A DNA stretch of 64,000 nucleotides from the NCBI GenBank assembly GCA_951406725.2, contig OX597825.1, positions 44,950,001 through 45,014,000 on the forward strand, in the 5' to 3' direction. Positions 14,601 through 26,272 of this stretch are shown piece by piece. The notes under the pieces were generated by a model. That model searched no databases, was not told where the DNA came from, and worked only from the letters and a program-made list of their open reading frames with translations. The stretch's first letter is position 1. The number at the start of each line of letters is the position of its first letter. Source of the DNA: Octopus vulgaris. Taxonomy: Eukaryota. The translations under genes and the position numbers were made by a program.

Positions 14601-15033
14601 TTGTAAGTCCAAAACTAGGAGGTAAACCCTTTCATTGGTCATTAAATAATAATGGTGTGAAAATAAGAATTCTTATCTCTACCGTGCAGATGTAGTAGTA
14701 GACACATTTGACAATGAAAGGGGCAGGGCCCAAGTTTCCACAATAATTCAAGTAAAGCGAATTATCTGTGATTCGTTTGTACTTTTATATTTAATGCTGC
14801 TTCACACTGGCAGAAACAGCAGGTGAACAACTTGTTGCTAGACACTTCATGTTAGACTCTGCAGAAGAGTATGATATGATGTCTACTAAGACTGATAACA
14901 GCAATCTGCATGGCAAAATACAAAACAAATAAAATTGACAGAATGAAAAAATTAAGTTGCTTCAGAAGGGTCCCTCCAGGATTAGGGGCCCTGAAGCTTA
15001 AGCTTCATTAGTTTTATGATAGTTCCGCCATTG
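11613..15033 (-). mobile_element. hAT transposon (Tip100/ZMYM1-like), degraded full-length copy
   Basis: TIRs cagtggcagatcta and tagttccgccattg; 8-bp TSD cctacagg/attacagg (6 of 8); fragments YYSIIV...DMTHVDQL, GQSYNNASNM, YVPCASHSLN, RWSARYEAV. Confidence 0.9.
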
Positions 15034-15386
15034 ATTACAGGCACACACACATCATCATGCACTCAGAATTATACTAATGGACTAAGGTAGATATATTCAA
15101 AAGGAAAGGTTGTGATGTTCACAGCAATGAAATTGATGATGATTTTTAATAAATTTCCTTAGATGATGTATACAGTGTACATAATTGTATGCGTATTTAT
15201 GCATATGTGTGTAAGTGTGTGTATATGTGTGTGAACACTTGAAGGTGTAGGTATGTAATTTGTCTCTAAAGCACATGGCAATTTGATAAAAATACACATA
15301 AATATGACTGTGTGTTCATATATAAAATACACACATACACACACTATATATATATATATATGTTTTGTTTTTCTTATCCCATTTTG

Positions 15387-15425
<39 letters not shown>

Positions 15426-16095
15426 GATGATGATGATGATGATGATGATATATAGATATATAGCGGCATACGTAGACTTTGGTCTCTTATATGTAAGTAT
15501 ATATTTATCTAAATCTTGTACAACTCTATTTCTTTATTCTTTTATTCTTTCCTTCATTCTATCAGCCCTTACACACTTATTTCATTAATTCCACTCTTCA
15601 TTCTTTCATTCTCCCTCTCTCACATTTCATTGCCTTCTCTTCATGCTCACTTTCCCTCCTCTTTTCACTTCATTGTGTCCCTGTCATTTTTTTCTTGCCC
15701 CTCCTTCTTTCTTCTGTCCCTCTGCCTCTACCTCTCTCTCTTCTCTTCCCATGTGACCAGTGTTCGGCCAAGCTTGACCTTTCTTTCTTGGTTTGGCTGA
15801 TGTCCGTGCAACATCTATATTCTTCCCTGTGCCAGTGAAATCTTGTATCCCTGCTGTAAGGCTTTACTTCCATACACGCCAGCTTAATTCAATTTGTCCT
15901 TAGTCGAAATACACTTATTGTTATGTCCTGTTATTTCGAGTATAACCAGCTGAAATTGCAAAGATAATCTGGAACTCGACTGAGGAAAGAAAACTCCAAA
16001 TGACCTGTCCTTGTTTTCTTTGTATTGTCTATCTGGATGTTTTGTTGTCCTTTTTTGTATCACCTGTCTGGATGTTTTGTGTTCTTCTCACATTT

Positions 16096-16216
<121 letters not shown>

Positions 16217-16453
16217 ATTCCGAGAGAGTTAGAGGTTGTGAATCCAACCAACTAAGGGATAATATCTATCCAGTATACTGCTGGTAGAATACCCAATTAT
16301 TAATACACACGTGTTTTTCATTGCATGGCAATTACATTACCAAGTGTAATAAATGGGTGAGGGTAAAAAATTATTTATACAGCAATAAGAAAATGGAGGG
16401 GACCAAGAGATGGTATTCATCAACTTTAAGACATTATATTATGTCTATATACA

Positions 16454-17096
16454 TAATTATAACAAGGGCATTGGCTTGCACATCACCACGCACTGAAAAT
16501 TAATGTCAAAAGACACTATTGCCACCATAAATTCTCCGAGAAAAACACACTGCATAATAGGCTAGTGGAAGAAAGAAAATGAATTACAACTTTGGTTAAC
16601 CACATACATGATCGTGTTTCGCTGACCACTTGGTAAAAATCATTTATGATTTTACCCTTTATTGTTATTATAATTAATATTTGAAAAAATATTTACTCCT
16701 TGATCAAAACTGTATTTTACTGCAGACTTGATCTTTAGCACACTGCACGTGGTTATAAGAGAAGAATATGAATTCTACTTCGCAGCATATCTATGTAAGT
16801 CTCGACGAAAATAAGATAGGCGAAGGCGCAGCTCACTTGCATATCCGTAGCCACTCGTATTTATACGCCTGGGTATACCGACACTGATGAAGGCAAAAAC
16901 GTAACATTTTTTTTTATTACTTTAAGCCCAAAACACGATCATGTATGTGGTTAACCAAAGTTGTAATTCATTTTCTTTCTTCTACCAGCCTATTATGCAG
17001 TGTGTTTTTCTCAGAGAATTTATAGTGGTAATAGTGTCTTTTGATGTCTATTTTTCAGTGCATGGTGAGGTACAAGCCAAGCTCTTGTTATAATTA
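16454..17096. repeat. Fold-back (167-bp arms, 16454-16620 and 16930-17096) with a degenerate HHR-like core in the spacer
   Basis: Arms are diverged reverse complements; CTGATGA at 16884-16890, aggc...gccc stem, (G)AAA at 16930 where the left arm reads GAAA. Confidence 0.75.
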
Positions 17097-17403
17097 AATA
17101 TATAATTATAATATATATATGGCCTTGCTTTTTGCTTTTTGAGCTAAAAAATTAACTTAACTTAACTTAACTTAACTATATATATATATTTATATATTAT
17201 AATAACAAAATACTCCTTGGATGGAATTTATAAATATTTTAATGCATCACTACATGCGTTTCCACAAATCACATTTTTCTTAAGATCATAGTCCATATTC
17301 CTGGGATAATTACTGTGCAGTCCATAGTATCCATGAACACTGGGTAGATTATGTTCATGCATTAATGGATGTTTAATAGAGGGCTGTTTATCAATTTTGA
17401 CCA

Positions 17404-17566
17404 GGCACAGGAGTGTCTGTGTGTTAAGTAGCTTACTTACCAACCACATGGTTCCAGGTTTAGTCCCACTGCATGGCACCTTGGGCAAGTGTCTTCTACT
17501 ATAGCCTTGGGCCAACCAAAGCCTTGTGAGTGGATTTGGTAGATGGAAACTGAAAGAAGCCCGTCA
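17404..17566 (+). mobile_element. SINE 5' half (its 3' half is at 21571-21797)
   Basis: Same head as 10047; interrupted within its microsatellite by nested insertions. Confidence 0.8.
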
Positions 17567-17656
17567 TATATATGCATATATATATATATATGTATACATA
17601 TATATATATATATGTATATATATGTATATATATATATATATATATATGTATATGTA

Positions 17657-17706
<50 letters not shown>

Positions 17707-17854
17707 GGGCTTAGTAAAATAAATTACTTTGCCACATACTGAACTTTCTAGAAATAGCAGCCAAAAAAGTTTTTTTAGCCATTTCCACTACTTAAAGAAA
17801 TTGTTGATATATATATATATATATAGGAAAAAAGCAACAAGAATGGATTAAAAT

Positions 17855-17940
17855 CTCGGTACGATCGTTTTGTACGAGGACATCTTTAATAAGCTACAAA
17901 AAATGCAGTGAATACAGATGGCTCGAACTCGTCAGCCGAA
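17855..17940 (-). ncRNA. Hammerhead ribozyme, inverted copy with core mutation GAAA>AAAA
   Basis: Reverse complement of 20915-21000 except position 17871. Confidence 0.75.
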
Positions 17941-18322
17941 AAAATATCAGAGAATTCCCAAACATCAAAAGGGGTAGATACAAAAGAGGTTGTAAGATTA
18001 ACTGCATTGAAGAAAGTTCGATTCATGGAGATCCGAGGAAAGGTTTTAAACCTATAGAATTTATGCATGTCTACATATAGCTCATATTGAATATTTGATC
18101 AAGTTGTATGAAGAAATTTTCGGATACAGTCATGCAAAATTTCTGAAAATCCGAGTAAGAGGCAAAGTGATTGCCATATCATGTAGAGGAAGGTCATATC
18201 GTGTAGAGGAACAGATTGTTATTGAAATTTACAAGAATCGCAGATAAGTTCGATTTTTTGGAGATCCGATGAAAAAGTCTTGAACTTACAAAATTTGTGT
18301 ATGTCCTTATAGTTCATAATCC

Positions 18323-19702
18323 AGGAACATTAATAAATACAAAGAATCTGATGATGGGACGATTAATTCTAATAACCCTAACTCTAGTGGGAAAAATTCT
18401 AGCAGCCCTAACTCTAATTCTAAGAAATTTAATAAGAAAGACATAATATGGCTAAACATCCCTTTTAACTGTGCGGTTTCATCAGATATTCAGGGTAGAT
18501 TCAAAACAATTCTAGAAAAAAATTTCCCATCCTCTCATAGATATCATAAAATTATTTCTAAAAAAACAGTCAGAATTTCTTATTCAACTCTCCCAAATAT
18601 GTCCACTTTAATAGCTAAGATCAATAATAATAACATAAAACTAGCCAGAAATAATTTAATAAATAAAAATAAAAATACAACGGAAAATTGTAATAACAGT
18701 ACGAAAAGTAATAATTGCAACAATAATAATAATAATAACAATAACGAATGTCATAAAATAAATATAACCAAAAACCATGGAATTGTTAATATCAATAATA
18801 ACATAAATAGGAATGATTATGTTAGTAATAGGAATAATACCATGAATGTAAGTACAGTGAATGAGAGTAACAACACTATCAGCAACAACACTATACATCT
18901 GGATAACAATATCAACAACAATACTAATAGCATCAACAATATCAGCTATGATAGTAGAGTTATAGAACCAAACGATAGTGTAGGAATACCGACAAATGAT
19001 AATACTACTTTAGGAGATAACATCAACTGCAATAATGATAACATTATTTTAGATAGCAGCACCAATAATAATAATAATGAAAGTAGGGCTTTAGAACCAA
19101 ATGAAAATGTAGGAATACCTATAAATGATAATACTGTTTTAGATAATAATATTAACTACAATAATGATAGAGTTTTTTTAGATAATAACAATAATCAAAA
19201 TCATGATAAATTTACCCGCTCTGCTTCGAGCAACAGTAATATAAGACTTCTATCCTCTAATTATAATGCCCCTAGATGTAATTGCAGAATTAAATCAAAA
19301 TGCCCGGCCCCTGATTCATGCGGGTTAATTAACATAATCTATAAGTGCTCCGTAACCACAGATAATAATAAGTTCTCTTATGTTGGATGCACTGTAAATT
19401 TTAAACAGAGATTGAATAACCATCTCTCATCTTTTAAATTACGTCATAAGGCTGATAGCACTACTCTTTCTAGTAAAATTTGGGAACTAAAAAACAATAA
19501 TATCAAATATAACCTTAATTGGGAATTAGTCAGAAGAGCAAAACCCTATAAAAATAGCAGAGTAGGCTGCCAACTTTGCTCCATGGAAGCATTTGAAATT
19601 CTAATGTATAGAAATAATGGAGAAATTCAATTAAACAGCAGAATTGAACTTGGAAATTCTTGTATACATGCTCGGTTTAAGACTCTTAAATATTTTAAAT
19701 GA
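18323..19702 (+). CDS. PLE ORF C-terminal part: post-RT region, Asn-rich linker, Zn knuckle, GIY-YIG endonuclease (open frame, no 5' end)
   Basis: Frame is open from 18323: IIWLNIPF...VRISYSTLPNM, CNCRIKSKCPAPDSC, IIYKC...YVGCT..FKQRLNNH, CQLCSMEAFEI, LNSRIEL...CIH. Confidence 0.9.
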   Translation, partial: RNINKYKESDDGTINSNNPNSSGKNSSSPNSNSKKFNKKDIIWLNIPFNCAVSSDIQGRFKTILEKNFPSSHRYHKIISKKTVRISYSTLPNMSTLIAKINNNNIKLARNNLINKNKNTTENCNNSTKSNNCNNNNNNNNNECHKINITKNHGIVNINNNINRNDYVSNRNNTMNVSTVNESNNTISNNTIHLDNNINNNTNSINNISYDSRVIEPNDSVGIPTNDNTTLGDNINCNNDNIILDSSTNNNNNESRALEPNENVGIPINDNTVLDNNINYNNDRVFLDNNNNQNHDKFTRSASSNSNIRLLSSNYNAPRCNCRIKSKCPAPDSCGLINIIYKCSVTTDNNKFSYVGCTVNFKQRLNNHLSSFKLRHKADSTTLSSKIWELKNNNIKYNLNWELVRRAKPYKNSRVGCQLCSMEAFEILMYRNNGEIQLNSRIELGNSCIHARFKTLKYFK

Positions 19703-20914
19703 TATTTTAAATCATATCTCAATTGATAACTGTATACTGGAATCATTTTACATAAAATTCATTTTGACTTACATATCACTCCTACATAGTATATTATATA
19801 TTTAACTAGAAAGATAAGTTCTAACTAGCTATGATTATAATTTTTTCTCTCTCTGATGGTACTATTTAATACTTATTGACTTAAATTATTTGATTTTTTT
19901 CTATTGGACCATATTATAGTAAATTAAATTTTGCTCTATTTTTATCTCCATTTCTTAGTCTATTTTTTATCCCATTACAAATATTAGTTAGTTAAATCTC
20001 TTAATTTCTTTTACATTTTAAAAATTAATTCTGCTAATCCCAGACCTATCGTAGTGTATTGTGATAGGATATAATATATTAAAATAATAAAATAATAATT
20101 TAATATAATATAATATAGTGTAGTGTATTATAGTATAGTATAATAATAATATAATTGTTTAATTTCATTTAAAAACTACCCCATTCTTCTTTCCTTTCTA
20201 ATGACCTCTTTGTAACCTGACAATCTATTAATAGTAACATTTATAAATAAAGAAATAAATTGTTGACCTCAGTTCGAATTTTGTTCTAAACAAACTTAGA
20301 CTTTTTTGTTAGTATCAAATTGTGCCCATCCCCTTAGCTTCCCCTTTCCTTTCTCTTTGACAGTTTAAATAGCAGTAACTGATTAAATTCCTACCTCCTT
20401 CCTCCTCTTTCTGTGATTCTTGAAAATCTCATTAACGACCTGAACCACTACAATATAAGACCGTCATTTTGCTTCTCATTCGGATTCCCTGATATTTTCG
20501 CATGATTGTACCCTAAATCTCTCCACAAAACTGGATTATGAACTATAAGGACATACACAAATTTTGTAAGTTCAAGACTTTTTCATTGGATCTCCAAAAA
20601 ATCGAACTTATCTGCGATTCTTGTAAATTTCAATAACAATCTGTTCCTCTACACGATATGACCTTCCTCTACATGATATGGCAATCACTTTGCCTCTTAC
20701 TCGGATTTTCAGAAATTTTGCATGACTGTATCCGAAAATTTCTTCATACAACTTGATCAAATATTCAATATGAGCTATATGTAGACATGCATAAATTCTA
20801 TAGGTTTAAAACCTTTCCTCGGATCTCCATGAATCGAACTTTCTTCAATGCAGTTAATCTTACAACCTCTTTTGTATCTACCCCTTTTGATGTTTGGGAA
20901 TTCTCTGATATTTT

Positions 20915-21000
20915 TTCGGCTGACGAGTTCGAGCCATCTGTATTCACTGCATTTTTTGTAGCTTATTAAAGATGTCCTCGTACGAAACGATCGTACCGAG
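20915..21000 (+). ncRNA. Type I hammerhead ribozyme with extended stem II
   Basis: ttcgg-CTGACGA(20920)-gt.cgag.catct...agatg..ctcg.ac-GAAA(20984)-cgatcg-TA^ccgag; stem I ttcgg/ccgag; predicted cleavage GUA after 20995. Confidence 0.88.
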
Positions 21001-21171
21001 ATTTTAATCCATTCTTGTTGCTTTTTTCCTATTTGTAATCACCCCACTTGTCGTATGGTTAACACCATATAGATTTCCGGTGCATCCTAGTTAAGGACCA
21101 TATTCATGTGAATTCTTTAGAATTCACTAGAATCTCAATTACTTAACTATATATATATATATATATACATA

Positions 21172-21570
21172 GGCGCAGGAGTGGCTGTGTGCTAAGTAGC
21201 TTGCTAACCAGCCACATGGTTCCGGGTTCAGTCCCACTGCGTGGCATCTTGGGCAAGTGTCTTCTGCTATAGCCCTGGGCTGACCAAAGCCTTGTGAGTG
21301 GATTTGGTAGACAGAAACTGAAAGAAGCCTGTCGTATATATGTGTGTATATATATATATATGTATGTGTGTGTATATGTTTGTGTGTCTGTCCCTCTAGC
21401 ATTGCTAGCAATGCTGGTGTGTTTACGTCCCCTGTCACTTAGTGGTTCGGCAAAAGAGACCGATAGAATAAGTACTGAGCTTACAAAGAATAAGTCCCGG
21501 GGTCAATTTACTCGACTAAAGGCGGTACTCCAGCATGGCCGCAGTCAAATGACTGAAACAAGTAAAAGAG
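21172..21570 (+). mobile_element. tRNA-derived SINE, full copy
   Basis: Head, microsatellite and tail as at 10047. Confidence 0.88.
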
Positions 21571-21797
21571 TATATATATGTATGTGTGTGTATATGATTG
21601 TGTATCTGTGTTTATCCCCCCAACATCACTTGACAACCGATGCTGGTGTGTTTACACCCCCATAACTTAGCAGTTCGGCAAAAGAGACCGATAGCATAAG
21701 TACTAGGCTTACAAAGAATAAGTCCTGGGGTCGATTTTCTCGACTAAAGGCAGTGCTCCAGCATGGCTGTAGTCAAATGACTGAAACAAGTAAAAGA
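21571..21797 (+). mobile_element. SINE 3' half
   Basis: Tail sequence without its own head. Confidence 0.8.
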
Positions 21798-21798
21798 A

Positions 21799-22578
21799 TG
21801 AGAAAGTTGATTGAGGTATGTGGGCACTTCTGTGTGTATCTGATGGGGTGGGGTAGAAGGTGATGGAAAGAAATGAAGAAATGGTAGTTATAAAGAGGTG
21901 GAAGTATGTGTGGTGATGTTGGACTTATTTTACTATTTGAGTTTGCAGATGTCAGGATGGTTCTTTTCTTTGATCTTATTCCCAGTAGACCCCTGCCTCA
22001 GTGAATACAAAGTAGTCAGGTCAGCAAATACAGCCACTACATTTATCCAGTTGTTGGAGTTCATTGTCTGAGGTGACAAATGATATTTTTTTGAAGTGAT
22101 TTTTTAATTACTTTTGGTGGTATATAGTATATAGTATTATGAAAATAGTGGTTATTTTGTTTAGTTGTTTGTGTTGTCCCCTTGTTCTACTATATACTAA
22201 AGGTGGTCAAACTATTTTATACTCAAATAGTAAAATAAGTCCAACATCATCACACACACTTCCACCTCTTTATAACTACCATTCCTACATTTCTTTCCAT
22301 CCCCTTCCACACTTCCTCACCAAATACACACAGAAATGCCCACATGTCCCAATCAACCTTCTCATCGCACAAAATTGGTAAACAACCCTCACTTAAATGT
22401 CCATTAAAGCTATTTTGCCCAAAGAAATGACTGCATGAACATGATCTACCTGGTGTTCATGGATACTATGTCTGTACTGTAATCATTTCAGGAATGCGGA
22501 CTATGATCTTAAAAAACATGTAACTTGTGGAAATGCATGTACTGATGCATTAAAATATTTATAAATTCCATCCAAGGA
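21799..22578. repeat. Old fold-back: 21799-21943 plus 17215-17400 inverted against 22221-22578
   Basis: Diverged reverse-complement matches visible for both parts of the left arm. Confidence 0.8.
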
Positions 22579-23149
22579 TTATTATTGTTATTACTTGGTC
22601 TCCAAATGTCGTGGTATTGTGACAGATAGTTTAGATACACTGTACCAGTGTAGTAACAGTAAACAAGATAACAATGCAGCCATAATAACAACGTAACGAT
22701 CCAACAATCTATTTACAAACCGACACTCAATATTCCAAATGAACTAACCAACTTCTGACTTCACTGTGAACTCAACTCTAACTAACACACAAACTTCACT
22801 TCAACTACTACTATTTATAATCACTCGGTCCAGTCTATTTCTCTCAAGGGGACATCGTAACTCTCATCACATCTTGATGTAACTCCAATAAACTGGTATC
22901 ACCAGTTGGCATCATTAGATGGTAGCTGGCATAATAGAATAGCAGCTTTTATATGCATATTCAAAACATTTCCCATAAACAAAATTAAAGGATATATATA
23001 TATGTATGTATGGCGACTGATACATACATGATCACAAAGCGAGTTAGTTATTTACTTGGTGTTTATAAGGATGGGGAGGTTAAATGTAAACTTAAGTCAT
23101 CCATATCCTAAATTAAATTAAATTAAGTTAATGGTTACTCAAAATTCTT

Positions 23150-24985
23150 TCTCACTGCATTGTGCGAATGTACATTTATATGTGTGTAGGCATCATGAGA
23201 GTCGCTCAGAAATTCTACTAGTTATCTTTTTGTTAGTCCACAGAACAGACAGGGATTCCTCGGGGCAGAGACAGCATCACCTGGAAATTATACTGTATGG
23301 TTTTGCATAACTTACTACGGACCAATAAAAGCTGTACTTTATTTTATCCTCGTTCAGTCACCATACAAAATCTGCCAAAGATGTTGAATGCCTCTTATTG
23401 ATTGTCTTAAAGCTGGCAACATGGTTATGATAACAATTCTTAAATGAATCAGCCATCTGCCTAATGTAAACATAGGGCCCTCCCCTTGTGTGCACGGTAC
23501 ATTTATATACAAGATTTGTACTCAAACAGAGATTCATCAAAGGACATTTTGATTTATCTCTGCATGAGCATTTATTGTATTTATTTGTATATAAGGCAGT
23601 CCTGACTCCATTAACTGGCATTGTTACCATGTTAGTTGTACCATGAGTAGTTCTACTACTACAAATTGGTCGTAGTTGGTGTTTATCAATGTGGTTTACC
23701 TCTCTTTGGTTGGTATTTAGATGCAAATGTTCACTAGATCCAGTAGGTGGGTTATTGAACCTTTGCCACATTTTGCTATTGTTTATGCAATGCATAAGCT
23801 GCTCTAAATTAGCAGAGTTGGCATAGGATACCTTCACGGTGTGTTGATTAAAAATGGTATTATACCAATTAGATTTAGGAAAACACTTGTCCAAAGCAGC
23901 AAAAAATTTTCCAGCAATCTTGGTTAAAACATGCAAACCAAAAATTGGGTTGAACCAGAGGACATCCTGATTCCTATATCTGTTGTTAGGCTTATTTGAT
24001 TGAGTGTGTTGTATAGGATTGGAACAAGTAGTTGAATTATTATGTTGCATGTGCCTATGAGTTTTCATTGGTAGTTCATTGATATGACCAATTTTTTCTG
24101 GCCTGTGTTCTTTATCTGAGTGAGTAATATTGTGGTGGTATACGATATGCATCACAGTTGTAGGAATTACCAGTGTTGTTTATGCCTTCTTCTTGTATAT
24201 ATTAAATTCTTTCACAGTACCCAGCCCTAGCTAGAGCATCATTATAATAAGATGCATGAGATTCAAAAATTTTATTGTTAGCAGATAATCTAGAGATTCT
24301 TGTAGAAATATTCTTAACTAGTCCCCTATAATTGAGGGTGGATGGTTGGATGCTACATTAATGTACTCAATATGATCATTCGGTTTATGAAATGGTTCAA
24401 ATAATCCAGTATCAAGACAGATGGTAGTGTCAAGAAAATTCACTCTACGATTATCTTTACCTATAGTAATGTTTAGTCCTAAATTTTTGAAAAGTCTAAA
24501 GAAATTTTTCCTGTGCCTTTCTAACTGTACTTTACTACTTCTGTCTAGAAACAAATAAGGCGTCATCCCTATATAGACCACCTGTTACTTCAGGAAAGGA
24601 AGACTGGATTAATGAAAGAATATATATTTCAACTAGGTCACTAGCCTGAGCAGAATCATGTGAGCCCATTGCTATATCAAATGCATTTTCCCTGTCTAAT
24701 CTAGAGTGGCTCATGCAGCAAGTATATCTATTTCATGTTGGGACAAATCAGAATTTTCATGCCAAAAATCAGGGCTTGATTAAGAACGATCAGGTTGATA
24801 GTGGCATAGTAGCTCTCTATATCTAGTTGCAAGAATTTACAAGTCTTACTAATTTCTAGAAGCTTGAGCCATCCAAACACCTCTTGGGTATCAGACCAGA
24901 GGGCTTATCAAATTTTAGACTTAAGGACAGGTATTACCCTGTCAATGCCAATATCGGATTTAGAAGGACAAATCAATAAGGAAGT
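23150..24985 (-). mobile_element. Naiad-like PLE, degraded RT + GIY-YIG
   Basis: AMGSHDSAQASDL, YRDDAL, VNFLDTTI, SNHPPSI, VLWFNP, CSCRDKSKCPLMNLC, LVYKC...YVYI. Confidence 0.9.
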
Positions 24986-25191
24986 TAGATAAATACACAC
25001 TTACTTGATATATGCATACATAGACATGAGATACATACAAACTCACTGTGTATGTTTGTATGTTTTATACAGTGTGGCTGTGTTTGATGTGTTTATCAAT
25101 CTTGTTACAAATAAATATGTATACAAAATGTTGTGTGCCCATATTATATATGAAATAAAAACTCATTAAAAAAATATAAATTTTGCAATAC

Positions 25192-25386
25192 TTCGTGAGT
25201 TTTCTTTCTTGAGACACATTTCTCGAGAGAAAGTTCTTCTGTGGTTGGAGTTTCATTCTCTGCAACAATCAGGTGATGTGTGTCAACATCAAGATAGATG
25301 TTACTGATGTATTTCATGAGTTGAAACATAGCAAGGGAATCACTGTAACCAAGTTTCATGTCAATACACCACAACAGTTGCTGCTT
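25192..25386 (-). CDS. Candidate internal exon of an unidentified host gene (195 nt, phase 0-0)
   Basis: Acceptor tattttccag|AAG, donor GAA|gtattg, 65 open codons KQQLLWCIDMKLG...KCVSRKKTHE; not repeat-like. Confidence 0.45.
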
Positions 25387-25611
25387 CTGGAAAATACAAT
25401 ATTTTAGACATCAAATGTATATAAAGTATAAACATATGAACTCATATATGCATGAATAATGTACTTGTTTTTATGGATATAATTGTGGATGTCCCAAAGA
25501 ATCATAAATATGGTAATCATATGAAAGCATTCCTATAGATACGGTCATTCATAATCACATACTCATAACATATATACATAAAATCATCATATTCTAATCA
25601 ATTCCACCTCA

Positions 25612-26262
25612 TCATCATCATCATCATCATCATCATTTAATGTCCGTTCTCCATGCTGGCATGGGTAAGACAACATCAACCACTTTACAGAGTGTATGAG
25701 GTGCTTTTACATGGCACTGACACAAGCACTTTTACATGATACTATCATGGGTGCTTTTACCAGGCACCAGCATGGGTACTATTTATGTGACTGGCAAGGG
25801 TGCTTTTACATGGCACTCCTACATGTCACCAACATAGGCATTACAATGTGGCACTGGCATGGGTGTTTTTACATATCACTAGCACCCATGAGCCTGAAAG
25901 AATAGGATCTCTTGACTGAGAGAGCTGTAGGGGACATGTCTGTATGCATGAATACCCAACCCATGATTTTACTTAGCTTAACATGTCTTCTCAAGTACAG
26001 TCAACAGTCAAACGTCTCGATCCTTTGTCATCTCATTTCAGGTCCAACATCTGAAGATCTTTTCTCACCACTTCATCCCAAGTCTTCCTGGGTCTAAACC
26101 TTCCACATGTTTCCTCTACAATTAGAGATTAGTACTTCTTGATGCAGATGCTTTCACCCATGCATATTACATGACTGTACCAACACAGTCTTCTCTTTTG
26201 CACACTATATCTGATGCCTTGTATACCCAGTTTTTCTCTTAAATCACTGCCATACAGCATAG
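25612..26262 (-). mobile_element. RTE LINE 3' end (C-terminal ORF remnant, 3' UTR, tail)
   Basis: (CAT)n plus tail, subrepeats, and a remnant similar to 51300-51680. Confidence 0.7.
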
Positions 26263-26272
26263 CTGTTCATAC

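Larger units (their letters stand above)
17823..21140 (+). mobile_element. 5'-truncated Naiad-like Penelope element with an inverted pLTR copy
   Basis: 17823-18324 is the reverse complement of 20531-21032 (about 502 bp, two differences seen); GIY-YIG ORF in between; flanked by (TA)n. Confidence 0.92.

Noticed and set aside
15890-16010. CTGAGGA with nearby hairpins
   Set aside because: No properly placed GAAA or stems; probably a repeat remnant
17886-18068. Identical 60-aa ORFs at 17886 (minus) and 20787 (plus)
   Set aside because: By-product of the inverted pLTR; they overlap the ribozyme and show no protein motif
18323-19702. Selenocysteine recoding, reported for some Naiad PLEs
   Set aside because: No in-frame TGA at Cys positions; the only TGA is the terminal stop
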